Below, in pieces: positions 1 through 9,064 of a stretch of DNA of 32,922 bases. Made by a program: the position numbers and the translations under genes. The notes below the pieces were generated by a model that was not told the DNA's origin, did no database searches, and was given only the letters and a program-made list of their open reading frames with translations. The DNA comes from an uncultured archaeon (GTDB lineage: Archaea > Iainarchaeota > Iainarchaeia > Iainarchaeales > DTGL01): NCBI GenBank assembly GCA_964551725.1, contig CAZKED010000013.1, positions 1 to 32,922 of the forward strand, given 5' to 3'. Within the stretch, counting starts at the first letter, position 1. Each line of letters begins with the position of its first letter.

Positions 1-1
1 C

Positions 2-526
2 AACATTCCCGTTCTGGCGAATACTGTTGTTTACTTCAGGGTAATGGATGCCGCGAAGGCGGTTATAAGAATAGAGGACTACTCCTACGCCGTTGCACAG
101 TACACGCAGGGCGCATTGCGTGACGTGATAGGAAACCACGAGCTGGACTTCGTGCTGCAGGAAAGGGAGAAGATAAGCAACGACATAAAGAACATCGTGG
201 ACGCGGAAACAGACGAGTGGGGAATAGACATTACGTCCATTAAAATACAGGAAATAGAGCTGCCGGCGGAAATGAAGCGCGCTATGGCAAAGCAGGCAGA
301 GGCGGAGCGAGAAAGAAGGGGGAGGATTATCGTTTCGAGGGGAGAGCTCTCCGCATCCGAGAACCTCAAAAGAGCGGCGGAAAACCTCGCAAAATCCCGC
401 GGGGGAATGCAGTTGAGGACGCTGCAGACAATAAAGGAAATTGCCGCGGATCCCTCTGAAAAAATAGTGGTGCTGCTGCCGAGCGAAATGGAGGGAATCG
501 CAAAAAACCTCCTCGCAAAAAAATAA
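2..526 (+). CDS. SPFH/band-7 (stomatin-like) protein, 5'-truncated by window
   Basis: Frame is open from base 2 (NIPVLANTVVYFRVMD). Stomatin motifs ALRDVIG, WGIDITSIKIQEI, MAKQAEAERERR, QLRTLQT. Confidence 0.92.
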   Translation, partial: NIPVLANTVVYFRVMDAAKAVIRIEDYSYAVAQYTQGALRDVIGNHELDFVLQEREKISNDIKNIVDAETDEWGIDITSIKIQEIELPAEMKRAMAKQAEAERERRGRIIVSRGELSASENLKRAAENLAKSRGGMQLRTLQTIKEIAADPSEKIVVLLPSEMEGIAKNLLAKK

Positions 527-537
527 GGGGGCAGTGA

Positions 538-1356
538 ATGGAGGGAATAGGCAAAAAAATGCAAGAGGGCCTGGAGGATTTCGAGAGGCAGATTGAATAC
601 GGCTTTAAGCAGCACAGCGCAAAGTACGGGAAAAGCTATAGCTCGGTGGAAGACGTATTCAAAGCGGAAAGAAAGAAAAGGGAGTCCCGGAGACTTGAAC
701 ACGGAAGACTCTACTTGCAGCTGGCATTCAACTACGACCTTGAAATGGTTAACAGAATTCTTCCCAAAATACCGCAAAACGACAGAATACTGGTCGAAGC
801 AGGCACTCCTTTCATAAAGCGCTATGGGGCGGCGGGAATCAAAAGGATTGCCTCGCTGTGGCCCGGCAAAATAGTGGCGGACATTAAAACTGTTGACGGA
901 GCAATTGCGGAAGTGGAGGAATGCTATTATGCGGGGGCAACAGCCGCAACTGTTATAGGGAACGCCTCCACGGAAACAATAGATTTGTTCATTGAGAAAT
1001 GCAACGAGCTCGGCATGAACTCAATGGTGGACATGCTGAATACTGAAAAGCCCCTCAGGGTTTTGTTACCGCTAAAAAGGAAGCCGGATGTTGTGGTTGT
1101 TCACAGGGGCCGCGACGAGGAAACAACCGCCGGCAAGGTCATCAAATACAAGCACATTAACAAAATCCGCGGAAAGTACGATGTTTTCATTTCCGTGGCG
1201 GGAGGCGTAGACTTAAAAGAAGCGCGCAGTGCAATATTCAACGGCGCGGAGATAGTCGTGGCAAACATTGTAAGACCGGGAGACCCCTGGAAGGGAATAA
1301 ACAGCGAGGAGAAAGTGGAGGAAATAGCCGAAAAATTCCTCAAGACAATAGGGTGA
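538..1356 (+). CDS. 3-hexulose-6-phosphate synthase-like (OMP decarboxylase/HUMPS family) protein with N-terminal extension
   Basis: YLQLAF, EAGTPFIK, ADIKTVD, HRGRDEE, VAGG motifs of the HPS barrel. Confidence 0.8.
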   Translation: MEGIGKKMQEGLEDFERQIEYGFKQHSAKYGKSYSSVEDVFKAERKKRESRRLEHGRLYLQLAFNYDLEMVNRILPKIPQNDRILVEAGTPFIKRYGAAGIKRIASLWPGKIVADIKTVDGAIAEVEECYYAGATAATVIGNASTETIDLFIEKCNELGMNSMVDMLNTEKPLRVLLPLKRKPDVVVVHRGRDEETTAGKVIKYKHINKIRGKYDVFISVAGGVDLKEARSAIFNGAEIVVANIVRPGDPWKGINSEEKVEEIAEKFLKTIG

Positions 1357-1371
1357 ACAGGAGGGAAAAAA

Positions 1372-2334
1372 ATGGCGGAAAAGGAAAAGAACAGGAAAAG
1401 AATTGGCTGGATTTTCTGGACGGCGTTCGCCCTCGTGGGCGCCGCGCTTCTCTTCATTTATTTCAGGTCCTCCGAACTCGTTCCCTGGGAAGGCGTTCAG
1501 CAGGTTTTCACCGCGCTCGCGGTAGTGTTCGCGGCAATGGTTGCCTCAAAAATAGTCAATTCTTTCATTGTGAGGCGGCTTAAGAGAATAGCGAAATCAA
1601 AAAAAATAAAGGTCGACGTGACAAGGTTCAGGATTGCCGAAAACCTCGTAAGCCTCATAATTTACACTCTCGCGGTAATATTCATTGTCTACTCCATTCC
1701 AGAACTCAAATCGCTGAGTTTCTCTCTCCTGGCGGGAGTGGGCTTTGCGGCAATAGTGATTGGCTTTGCGGCACAGGAAGTCGTGTCCAACCTTTTAAGC
1801 GGGGTATTGATTGCAATATTCCAGCCGTTCAGGGTCGGCGACCGAATGATGTTCGAGGGGGAATTCGGAACAGTGGAGGACATTACGCTGAGGCACACCG
1901 TTATAAAAACATGGAAGAACATACGGCTTGTTGTGCCCAACTCGGCGATAAACAAGGCAACCATCACCAATTATTCCCTCAAAGAGGAAAAAATACTCGA
2001 AACGCTGGAAATAGGGATAAGCTACGACTCCGACATCGACAGGGCGAGAAAAATAATGCTTGAGGAAGCGAAAAAGCACCCCGATTTCTTTGACCCGCGT
2101 GAAAAAACAGAAATTTCCTCAAAAAAGGACTCCGTAAAAGTGCGCGTTATAGAACTTGGGGAATACTTCGTTAAACTCCGCCTTTACTTCTGGGCAAAAG
2201 ACAAGCCCGCTGCCTTCCGCATGTCCTGCGACCTGCTCGAAAGCATAAAGAAGAGATTCGACCGCGAGGGAATCGAAATACCTTTCCCCTACAGGACGCT
2301 TGTCTACAAAAAGGATTTGGAGAAGAAAAAATAA
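1372..2334 (+). CDS. mscS: Small-conductance mechanosensitive channel (MscS family)
   Basis: TM helices, GFAAQEVVSNLLSG, PFRVGD, GTVEDITLRHT, VPNS, GIEIPFP. Confidence 0.93.
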   Translation: MAEKEKNRKRIGWIFWTAFALVGAALLFIYFRSSELVPWEGVQQVFTALAVVFAAMVASKIVNSFIVRRLKRIAKSKKIKVDVTRFRIAENLVSLIIYTLAVIFIVYSIPELKSLSFSLLAGVGFAAIVIGFAAQEVVSNLLSGVLIAIFQPFRVGDRMMFEGEFGTVEDITLRHTVIKTWKNIRLVVPNSAINKATITNYSLKEEKILETLEIGISYDSDIDRARKIMLEEAKKHPDFFDPREKTEISSKKDSVKVRVIELGEYFVKLRLYFWAKDKPAAFRMSCDLLESIKKRFDREGIEIPFPYRTLVYKKDLEKKK

Positions 2335-2335
2335 A

Positions 2336-3097
2336 TCAGCCGCTCTGCCCTTCTTCCGCTTGTGTCTCTGCAGGCAAACTGACAAATATTTCCCCGAAAA
2401 AGGATTCCTGCCAGAGGTTCACCCTTCCCTTGTTTCCGAGGAAGAGGAGGGGAACAAAGGTGTCCACTACTCCGAGCGGAGAATGATCGTCGATGAGCGC
2501 TGAGAATAGGACCAGTCCTTCGGAATCAACGCGCTCCTGAATGCGCGCGAAAACCTCTTCTATTTTGTCCGAGATGTCCTTCTCGTCAAAGACGGGAATG
2601 CGGAACGCTGGCTTTTCGTCCAGGCGCGAGCGCTCGCCCTGCGCCGACCTTTCCTTTGTCTTGTCTATTACGGCCTCTATTGCGGTGAGCAATTCGTTCA
2701 GCGTGACTGTGGACTCGCGCATTTTTGTGAGCGGCGTGAGCTCGGGGAGCATTTCGTGCATTCTTTTGATTTCCTCCTCTGTGAGCTCGGGTTCCTTTTT
2801 CTCGAGGAAGGAGAAATGGATTGTCCTAGATTTTAATTTGAGCAGGATGGCGCAGGCGAGTATTGCGTTTGCGGGAATCCTGAGACTGGATTCCTGCATT
2901 TCGTGGATTTTTTTGAGGTATTTTTGGGAGAGCCGGACAATATCGATTGCCCATATGTCCATTTTTTCCTTTTTCACCAATTCGAGCAGTATAAGCTTCC
3001 ATTCGGGCTGCTCTATCAATTCCACCAAATCCGGCAGTTCCGGGGCTTTTTCCTGCAGTTGTCCCGCGGCTTTTTGCGGAGCGGTTTCAGAAGGCAT
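2336..3097 (-). CDS. scpA: Segregation/condensation protein A (kleisin)
   Basis: MDIWAIDIVRL, AILLKLKS, VTLNELL, FVPLLFL..GRVNLWQESFFGEI. Confidence 0.88.
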   Translation of the reverse strand: MPSETAPQKAAGQLQEKAPELPDLVELIEQPEWKLILLELVKKEKMDIWAIDIVRLSQKYLKKIHEMQESSLRIPANAILACAILLKLKSRTIHFSFLEKKEPELTEEEIKRMHEMLPELTPLTKMRESTVTLNELLTAIEAVIDKTKERSAQGERSRLDEKPAFRIPVFDEKDISDKIEEVFARIQERVDSEGLVLFSALIDDHSPLGVVDTFVPLLFLGNKGRVNLWQESFFGEIFVSLPAETQAEEGQSG

Positions 3098-3239
3098 AAA
3101 GGCGCACCAAAATATTAAAAACTGTTCTATATTAATACTACTGCTTTAAAATAGGCGTTCCGACTATTTAAGGCTTTTTATTGATGTTAATGGAAAAAAT
3201 TAATAAGGTAATAAGTCAAATAATATAGGTGGTTTTGAA

Positions 3240-3953
3240 ATGGAAAGGGTTAAAACAGGCGTTGAAGGATTGGATGAATTGATTGAAGGAGGAATTCCCC
3301 AGGGCTCCTCAGTGCTTTTATCGGGGGGAAGTGGTACAGGAAAAACCATTTTAGCCACGCAGTTCATTTACAACGGCGGAAAACTGCACAACGAGCCGGG
3401 CATTTACGTCAGCCTTGAAACAAACCTTAAGAACATCATATGGAACATGCAGAACTTCAACTGGGACATCCGCGAACTACAGGAAAAGAACCTGATGAAA
3501 ACTTACAGGCTCAACCTCGGGCACATCACAAAAGAGGAGAACGTGGTGGAAAAGATTGACGAGGAACTCAACGTGATATCGCAGATGGTCAAGGAAATGG
3601 GTGCAAAGCGCCTTGTCATTGATTCCGTTACTGCATTCGGCATATGGTTCGAGAACCGGGGCATGGTGAGGAACATGCTCTTCCAGTTCGTGGACAAATT
3701 GAAAAACCTGAACTGCACGACAATGCTCATAACGGAAACAAAGGGCGGAAGGCGCGAGTTCAGCGCTTTCGGAGTGGAGGAATTCGTGGCTGACGGCGTT
3801 ATAACGCTTTACTTCACTCCTCCGCACAGGAGCGTTTTCGTCAAAAAAATGCGCGGAACAAACCACTCAAAAATCATTCACCCCTTCCAGATAACGGACA
3901 AAGGCGTTGTAATAAACGCTTCCGACAGAGTGCTGTGGGAATCAATCAAGTGA
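3240..3953 (+). CDS. KaiC/RAD55-like single-domain RecA-family ATPase
   Basis: TGVEGLDELIEGG, Walker A GGSGTGKT, Walker B LVIDS, KMRGTNH. Confidence 0.9.
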   Translation: MERVKTGVEGLDELIEGGIPQGSSVLLSGGSGTGKTILATQFIYNGGKLHNEPGIYVSLETNLKNIIWNMQNFNWDIRELQEKNLMKTYRLNLGHITKEENVVEKIDEELNVISQMVKEMGAKRLVIDSVTAFGIWFENRGMVRNMLFQFVDKLKNLNCTTMLITETKGGRREFSAFGVEEFVADGVITLYFTPPHRSVFVKKMRGTNHSKIIHPFQITDKGVVINASDRVLWESIK

Positions 3954-3958
3954 TTCCC

Positions 3959-4669
3959 TTATTTCTTCTTTTTCTTTTTTCTTCGCTTTTTCACAAACCT
4001 GCCTTTGCGTTTATCAAACCTGTAATCAGGCATTGCAACATGCTTGAATCTGAAGCCAATTTCTTCCAAACCCTCAACATAGGCGTGCATCAACTCAACA
4101 CTGCTGAAGGGACTGATATAAACAACAGCAATGCCTTTAGGCGTTAATTCAAACCTAGTGAAAAGCCCTTTTTCTGTGCCCAAAAAACGGTTGAATTCTT
4201 TCTCAATCTGCTCTTTTGGTTTTTCGACGCCCTTGAGGCTAACAACAGTATAACCCTGCACTTTTCCAGAGAAGGACAGCGAAGCAACGGTCTCAGAAGT
4301 AGTTTTACCTACTTTAAATCGCTCAACAAGACGCCTCAAATCATGGATTGTTGGGTAGGCCTTGCCTCTCCGCCTTAACAAGTGATACAGGCGGAATTGG
4401 TGGTTATGAACAACTGAACCGAACTTTTTTGCTTTCTCTTCATCGACCTTTACGCTGCGACGCTCCCGGTTCTCCTCTCGAGCAACAGGAACCAGTTCTC
4501 CACCAATATCCTTGCCCCAAACCATTTCATGAGTCCTGATTCTTGGCCACCGTTCAATCTGCTCCCTTACCGAGGGCCTTTCCGATACAACAATTTTCCT
4601 GCCTGTTCGCTTGTCGGTTTTTGTTCTCTTGACGGTCGGGTACTTGCGCTTTCTTTTCAGTAAAGGCAT
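3959..4669 (-). CDS. Hypothetical basic protein, possible JAB/MPN-like metallo-domain
   Basis: ATG about 26 nt after a TATA (ccttaaat on minus). E...HNH...PTxxD pattern, Lys/Arg-rich termini. Confidence 0.6.
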   Translation of the reverse strand: MPLLKRKRKYPTVKRTKTDKRTGRKIVVSERPSVREQIERWPRIRTHEMVWGKDIGGELVPVAREENRERRSVKVDEEKAKKFGSVVHNHQFRLYHLLRRRGKAYPTIHDLRRLVERFKVGKTTSETVASLSFSGKVQGYTVVSLKGVEKPKEQIEKEFNRFLGTEKGLFTRFELTPKGIAVVYISPFSSVELMHAYVEGLEEIGFRFKHVAMPDYRFDKRKGRFVKKRRKKKKKK

Positions 4670-4726
4670 CAAACAAAAGAGTGAGGCAAAAAGGATTTAA
4701 GGCGATTCAGGTCGTTCTGCCAAGCT

Positions 4727-5974
4727 TTAAGTGCCCTCTTTCCAGCTGGAGAGGTACTTTTCCTGCTCTTTTGTGAGGGAATCCTTCTTAATGCCCATTG
4801 CCTTGAGCTGCAGTTCCGCAATGTGGTTGTCAATTTCCTTCGGCAGAACGTGCACTCCGGCATTCAGCTTGTTCTTCACGCCGTATTCCACTGCGAGAGC
4901 CTGCCCGCAGAAGCTGAGGCTCATTACCTCGCTGGGGTGCCCTTCAGCTGCAGCCAGATTCACCAGCCTGCCTTCCCCGCAAAGGTAGATTTTTTTGCCG
5001 CTCGAAAGCGTGTATTCGTCGAGGTTTGCGCGGATGTTCTGCTTCGCCTTTGCCTGCTTTTCCAGGGAGGCAACATCAATTTCAATGTCAAAATGCCCTG
5101 AATTCGCGACTATTGCGCCGGACTTCATTGCCTTCAGGTGCTCCATTCCCAGAATGTGCTTGTTTCCCGTTACAGTCAGAAAAATGTCGCCTATTTTTGC
5201 CGCTTCAGCGATAGGCATTACACGGAAGCCGTCCATTCTCGCCTGAAGGGCGCGCAGGGCATCCACCTCGGTTACAACGACGTTCGCGCTCATTCCTTTC
5301 GCCCTTTGGGCAACGCCCTTGCCGCAGTCACCGTAACCGCACACTACAAAATTCTTTCCCGCAATGAGCGTATTCGTTGAACGGAGAATGCCGTCAATTG
5401 ATGACTGCCCAGTGCCATAATAGTTGTCGAACAGGTGCTTGGTGGAATTGTCGTTCACCGCAATAACAGGATACTTGAGCGCGGAGTCCTTTTCCATTGC
5501 TCTGAGCCTGATAACGCCGGTGGTTGTTTCCTCCGTGCCCACCTTAATGCCGGGAATGAGTTGCCTGTGGCTGGTGTGGATTTCGCTGACCAAATCGCAG
5601 CCGTCGTCAATCGTGGCATTGGGCTTGAAGTCAATCACTTTGTTCAGGTTTTCGTAATACTCTTTGTGGGACTCGCCGCGCCAGGCGTAAACGTGAAAGC
5701 CCTCTTTTGCCAAGGCGGCGGCAACATCGTCCTGCGTTGACAACGGATTGCAGCCGGTGATGGCAATTTCCGCCCCTCCGGCTTTCAGCGTGCGGAGAAG
5801 GTTTGCGGTTTCCTTTGTAACATGCAACGCCAGTCCGACGCGGATGTCCTTTAGGGGCTTTTCTTTTTCAAAGCGCTTGCGCACTTCGCCCAAAGCGGGC
5901 ATCTGCTGTTCAGCGTAATCTATTTTCTTCTTTCCCTGTTCCCACAAATTAATGTCCTTAACGTCAAAATCCAT
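4727..5974 (-). CDS. ahcY: Adenosylhomocysteinase
   Basis: CNPLSTQD, DDGCDL, EETTTG, KHLFDNYYGTGQS, GYGDCGKG, GRLVNL, GHP. Confidence 0.98.
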   Translation of the reverse strand: MDFDVKDINLWEQGKKKIDYAEQQMPALGEVRKRFEKEKPLKDIRVGLALHVTKETANLLRTLKAGGAEIAITGCNPLSTQDDVAAALAKEGFHVYAWRGESHKEYYENLNKVIDFKPNATIDDGCDLVSEIHTSHRQLIPGIKVGTEETTTGVIRLRAMEKDSALKYPVIAVNDNSTKHLFDNYYGTGQSSIDGILRSTNTLIAGKNFVVCGYGDCGKGVAQRAKGMSANVVVTEVDALRALQARMDGFRVMPIAEAAKIGDIFLTVTGNKHILGMEHLKAMKSGAIVANSGHFDIEIDVASLEKQAKAKQNIRANLDEYTLSSGKKIYLCGEGRLVNLAAAEGHPSEVMSLSFCGQALAVEYGVKNKLNAGVHVLPKEIDNHIAELQLKAMGIKKDSLTKEQEKYLSSWKEGT

Positions 5975-6159
5975 TAAACCACCCTAAAAAAACCAAAAAC
6001 TTCCGGTTCAAGAATTGTAAAGCAAAAGGAATTAAAGGCTTTTCAGCGGCCGGAAAGAGGGCGCAACGCGGGTGGCAAAAGCCGGGCTTGGGTCCTGCTT
6101 AACTGCCGGCTCTTCATCGGAACAATAACATTTGTGCTTGCTGTGCTTTTAAGGGGATT

Positions 6160-6492
6160 TTACTGGATTTTTACTTTCATTTCGCTCTTGTTTTCGGGAA
6201 TTATTTTTATTTTTTCTCCTTTTTTTAGGTTGTAGTAATGCACCAAGTCCGAGGGCAGCGTTACCGCTAAACTTCTCCCCGCATTGATTATCGGCCTTTC
6301 GAAAACGAATTTGGTGTTTATCTGCTTGCTTAATTCCTGCATTTGTTCGCTGGTGGCGAATTCTTCCCTGCATTTTTTGCATTTGTAGTAGGGCGAACCC
6401 TTAATTATAATCCTGCCGTTGTCGAGTTCCAGTTCCTCAAATTTCAGTTCCGCCTTTCCTTTGCACAAATGGCATTCTACTTCTTTTTCCAT
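6160..6492 (-). CDS. Antitoxin-like protein: YgiT/MqsA-type Zn finger fused to AbrB/MazE domain
   Basis: CHLC...CKKC Zn ribbon, then GRSLAVTLP..L..YNLKKGEKI (AbrB). Overlaps the upstream toxin-like gene. Confidence 0.8.
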   Translation of the reverse strand: MEKEVECHLCKGKAELKFEELELDNGRIIIKGSPYYKCKKCREEFATSEQMQELSKQINTKFVFERPIINAGRSLAVTLPSDLVHYYNLKKGEKIKIIPENKSEMKVKIQ

Positions 6493-6737
6493 TTTTCAGC
6501 CTCCTCCTCGTTCGCTTCCCACAGTGTCAGAACGTAAATGAATTTCGGGTTCTCGGCTTTCACCGCGGTAAGCAATGCATCCTGAATCCTGAAAACCGTC
6601 TTGAACTTGTTTTTTCCCTCTTTAATCCTCACTTTCTGCTTTTTTATTGCAAGCTCGATTTCGGCATAATTTATGCCGAGCATTGCTGCCCTTTCTGCAA
6701 ACCTGTGCTTGGCGTGCCGAGTCCACCTTACGAGCAT
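6477..6737 (-). CDS. DUF4258-like (RelE/BrnT-fold) putative toxin
   Basis: WTRHAKHRFAER motif and C-terminal YVLTLW. ATG preceded by GGTG RBS. Confidence 0.72.
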   Translation of the reverse strand: MLVRWTRHAKHRFAERAAMLGINYAEIELAIKKQKVRIKEGKNKFKTVFRIQDALLTAVKAENPKFIYVLTLWEANEEEAEKWKKK

Positions 6738-6851
6738 AACACCACTATAAACCAAAAAACATTAAAAGTAATATCATTTAATAATCAAATAATACCAATC
6801 CGGCATTTATATTAAACAGAGTGGACATAATTAATTGCAAGCCCGTAAAAC

Positions 6852-7844
6852 TCACAGCATGCCAGCATAGCCCTTTGCGAGTTCCAAGTATTTTTCTGTT
6901 TCCTTTTTTGCCTTTTCATCCGAACTCTGCAGCAGGCGCAGCGCGCTTACCTTCGCGCGCACGTTCGCCCTGTACATCTTGTGCCATGGCAGCAGTTTTT
7001 CGAGCACAGAATCGCCGCTCTCTTCTACATAACTGTGCACGAAGTGCTCCGCCAGCGTATTCTCCCTATGCGCGTCCAGGTCCATTGCCATGAAGCCGAT
7101 GTCTGACGCTGTATCAGTATTCCTGAAATCTGGACTGAATTCAACGCAGTCGAATATTACGGGCTTGTCGAGCAAAAAAATGTTGCCGGAATGCAAATCA
7201 CCGTGGCATTCGCGCACGAAGCCTTTTTCCCGGCGCTCTTTTATGAGCGCGGCGTTTGCTTCCAAGAAAGCATCCGACCTTGCAATCAGGAAATCAATCT
7301 CTTTTGCCGCGCCGGCGCCGAGTTCGCGCTCCACCGCTTTTCTCACGGAAAGAATGTCGTTGAACTGCTCTTTCAACTGCGACCTTGAAGAAAAGCGCCT
7401 GTCTTTTACGACCCTGATCTCGGAGTGGAATTTTGCAGTGAGCGCGGCAAGCTCCCGGATTTCGCTTTTTCCCACCTTGCCCTGCTCCAAGAGCAGGGGC
7501 ATTCTTTTTTCCTCGGGCAGGCGTTTCATTTTGACCGCATAGTCAAGCACTGGACCCGAGCCCTCGAATTGGGGTCCTGTTGCGCCCTGCGTCACGGGAA
7601 CGACGCCGAGGTAAATCTCGGGGCACAGGCGAGAATTCAGTCTTACTTCCTCTTCGCAGTAGAATTTTCTTTTCTCCAGCGTGGAAAAATCGAGGAAGGA
7701 GAACTTAACGGGCTTTTTTACCTTGTAGGCATTCTGCCCTGCCAGAAAAACCCACGAAATGTGGGTTTCCCTGAGTTTTACGCTTGAAACGGAAAAAGGG
7801 TAGGCGTCTGGTTTTTTGAGCGCTTGCCGGAATTCACTGCTCAA
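6852..7844 (-). CDS. Aminoglycoside-phosphotransferase-like kinase (COG2187 type)
   Basis: ETHISWVFL, YKVKKPV.F.FLDFST, EEEVRLN, ECHGDLHSGNI, IFDCVEF. Confidence 0.88.
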   Translation of the reverse strand: MSSEFRQALKKPDAYPFSVSSVKLRETHISWVFLAGQNAYKVKKPVKFSFLDFSTLEKRKFYCEEEVRLNSRLCPEIYLGVVPVTQGATGPQFEGSGPVLDYAVKMKRLPEEKRMPLLLEQGKVGKSEIRELAALTAKFHSEIRVVKDRRFSSRSQLKEQFNDILSVRKAVERELGAGAAKEIDFLIARSDAFLEANAALIKERREKGFVRECHGDLHSGNIFLLDKPVIFDCVEFSPDFRNTDTASDIGFMAMDLDAHRENTLAEHFVHSYVEESGDSVLEKLLPWHKMYRANVRAKVSALRLLQSSDEKAKKETEKYLELAKGYAGML

Positions 7845-8352
7845 TGAGACCTCTCCTCTGGAGATAAAAGGATACTTTCTTCACCTGCTTTCTGAGGGGG
7901 ATTTCGGAATCCACTTCAAGGTGCTCGCCCTTTATGGGCTGGAACTGCTTTTTTATTTTGAGGTATACCGGAAAGGTTGCATCGCTCGGGCTCTTCTTTT
8001 TGCCTTTCCTTCCCGAAATCCTGCGCTTTGCTTCCCCGTCGCTTACCAGGAGTTTGACGAAAACGCAGTCGTCGCTGTATTTTTTTGCGAGTTCTTCCGC
8101 TTTTTTCCTGAGCGCACGCCTGTAAAAGGTGCCGTCAAGCAGAACGCAGTTTCCCTGCTCGAGTTCTCTTGCCGTTAATTCGAGCATTCTCTTGTAAACT
8201 TCCCTTTTCTCCTTTTCCGAGTAATCCGGCTTTTCGACGAATTCCCTGCGCACGATGTCGGTGTTGAGGTGCACACAGCCCAGTTCCCTGGACAGTTCCT
8301 CTGCCAGAAAGGTTTTCCCGCTTGCAGGCAACCCGCACAATACAAGAATCAT
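7834..8352 (-). CDS. P-loop kinase (AAA_33/COG0645 type)
   Basis: GLPASGKT, TDIVRRE, LLDGTF, SPSDAT. Confidence 0.85.
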   Translation of the reverse strand: MILVLCGLPASGKTFLAEELSRELGCVHLNTDIVRREFVEKPDYSEKEKREVYKRMLELTARELEQGNCVLLDGTFYRRALRKKAEELAKKYSDDCVFVKLLVSDGEAKRRISGRKGKKKSPSDATFPVYLKIKKQFQPIKGEHLEVDSEIPLRKQVKKVSFYLQRRGLIEQ

Positions 8353-9008
8353 TTTATTCCCTCCAATGCCTTGAGCGCTTTTAAAAAATTCTCCTCAACA
8401 GAGCCCAGCATGTCAACTTCCAAGAGCAAGCGCTTTTTCTTGTAGTAATCAATCAGGGGCTGGGTGTTGTAAATGTATGCCTTCCACCTGGATTCAACGA
8501 TTTTGGGGCTGTCGTCCTTTCTCCTGTAAAGCCTTCCCCCGCACCGGTCGCATTTTTTTTCCTTTTTTGGGGGATTGGAGTAAATGTTGTAAACAGCGCC
8601 GCATTCGGAGCACTGCCTCCTGCCCGAAATCCTCTTTATTATCTCTTTTTTGGGAACCTTGAGGTAAAGCACAGCATTCAGTCTTTTTTTCGTTTCATCC
8701 ACGTAAACCGCGAGGGATTCCGCTTGGTCGAGGTTTCGCGGGAAGCCGTCAAGTATGAATCCCTTTTTTGCATCTGCCCTGCAAAGCCTTTTGAGCAATA
8801 GGGCTTTGACAACGCAGTCGTCCACTAGACCCCCGCTTTTAACCGTTTCCTCCACCTGCTTTCCGAGGGGGGTCTTGCGCGATATTTCTTCGCGGACCAA
8901 ATCGCCCGTGGAAATGTGGGGAATGCCGAATTTTGCGCCCAGTTTTGCAGCCAAAGTGCCCTTCCCGGAGCCGGGCGCGCCCAAAAGCACCAGATTCAGT
9001 TCCTTCAC
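8349..9008 (-). CDS. adk: Adenylate kinase (bacterial type, Zn lid)
   Basis: GAPGSGKGT, HISTGDL, GFILDGFPR, CSEC...CDRC lid, RKDD. GTG start. Confidence 0.93.
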   Translation of the reverse strand: MKELNLVLLGAPGSGKGTLAAKLGAKFGIPHISTGDLVREEISRKTPLGKQVEETVKSGGLVDDCVVKALLLKRLCRADAKKGFILDGFPRNLDQAESLAVYVDETKKRLNAVLYLKVPKKEIIKRISGRRQCSECGAVYNIYSNPPKKEKKCDRCGGRLYRRKDDSPKIVESRWKAYIYNTQPLIDYYKKKRLLLEVDMLGSVEENFLKALKALEGIK

Positions 9009-9064
9009 AAAAAGCCCCCGATAAAGAAAAATGGAAGAAAAGAAATTAAAGGATTACAGTTCGC

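Noticed and set aside
6043-6125. SAM-I/SAH riboswitch or box C/D sRNA upstream of ahcY
   Set aside because: Only the fragment CCGAUGAA..CCGGCA resembles SAM-I. P1/P2, the SAH consensus and internal C'/D' boxes are missing.
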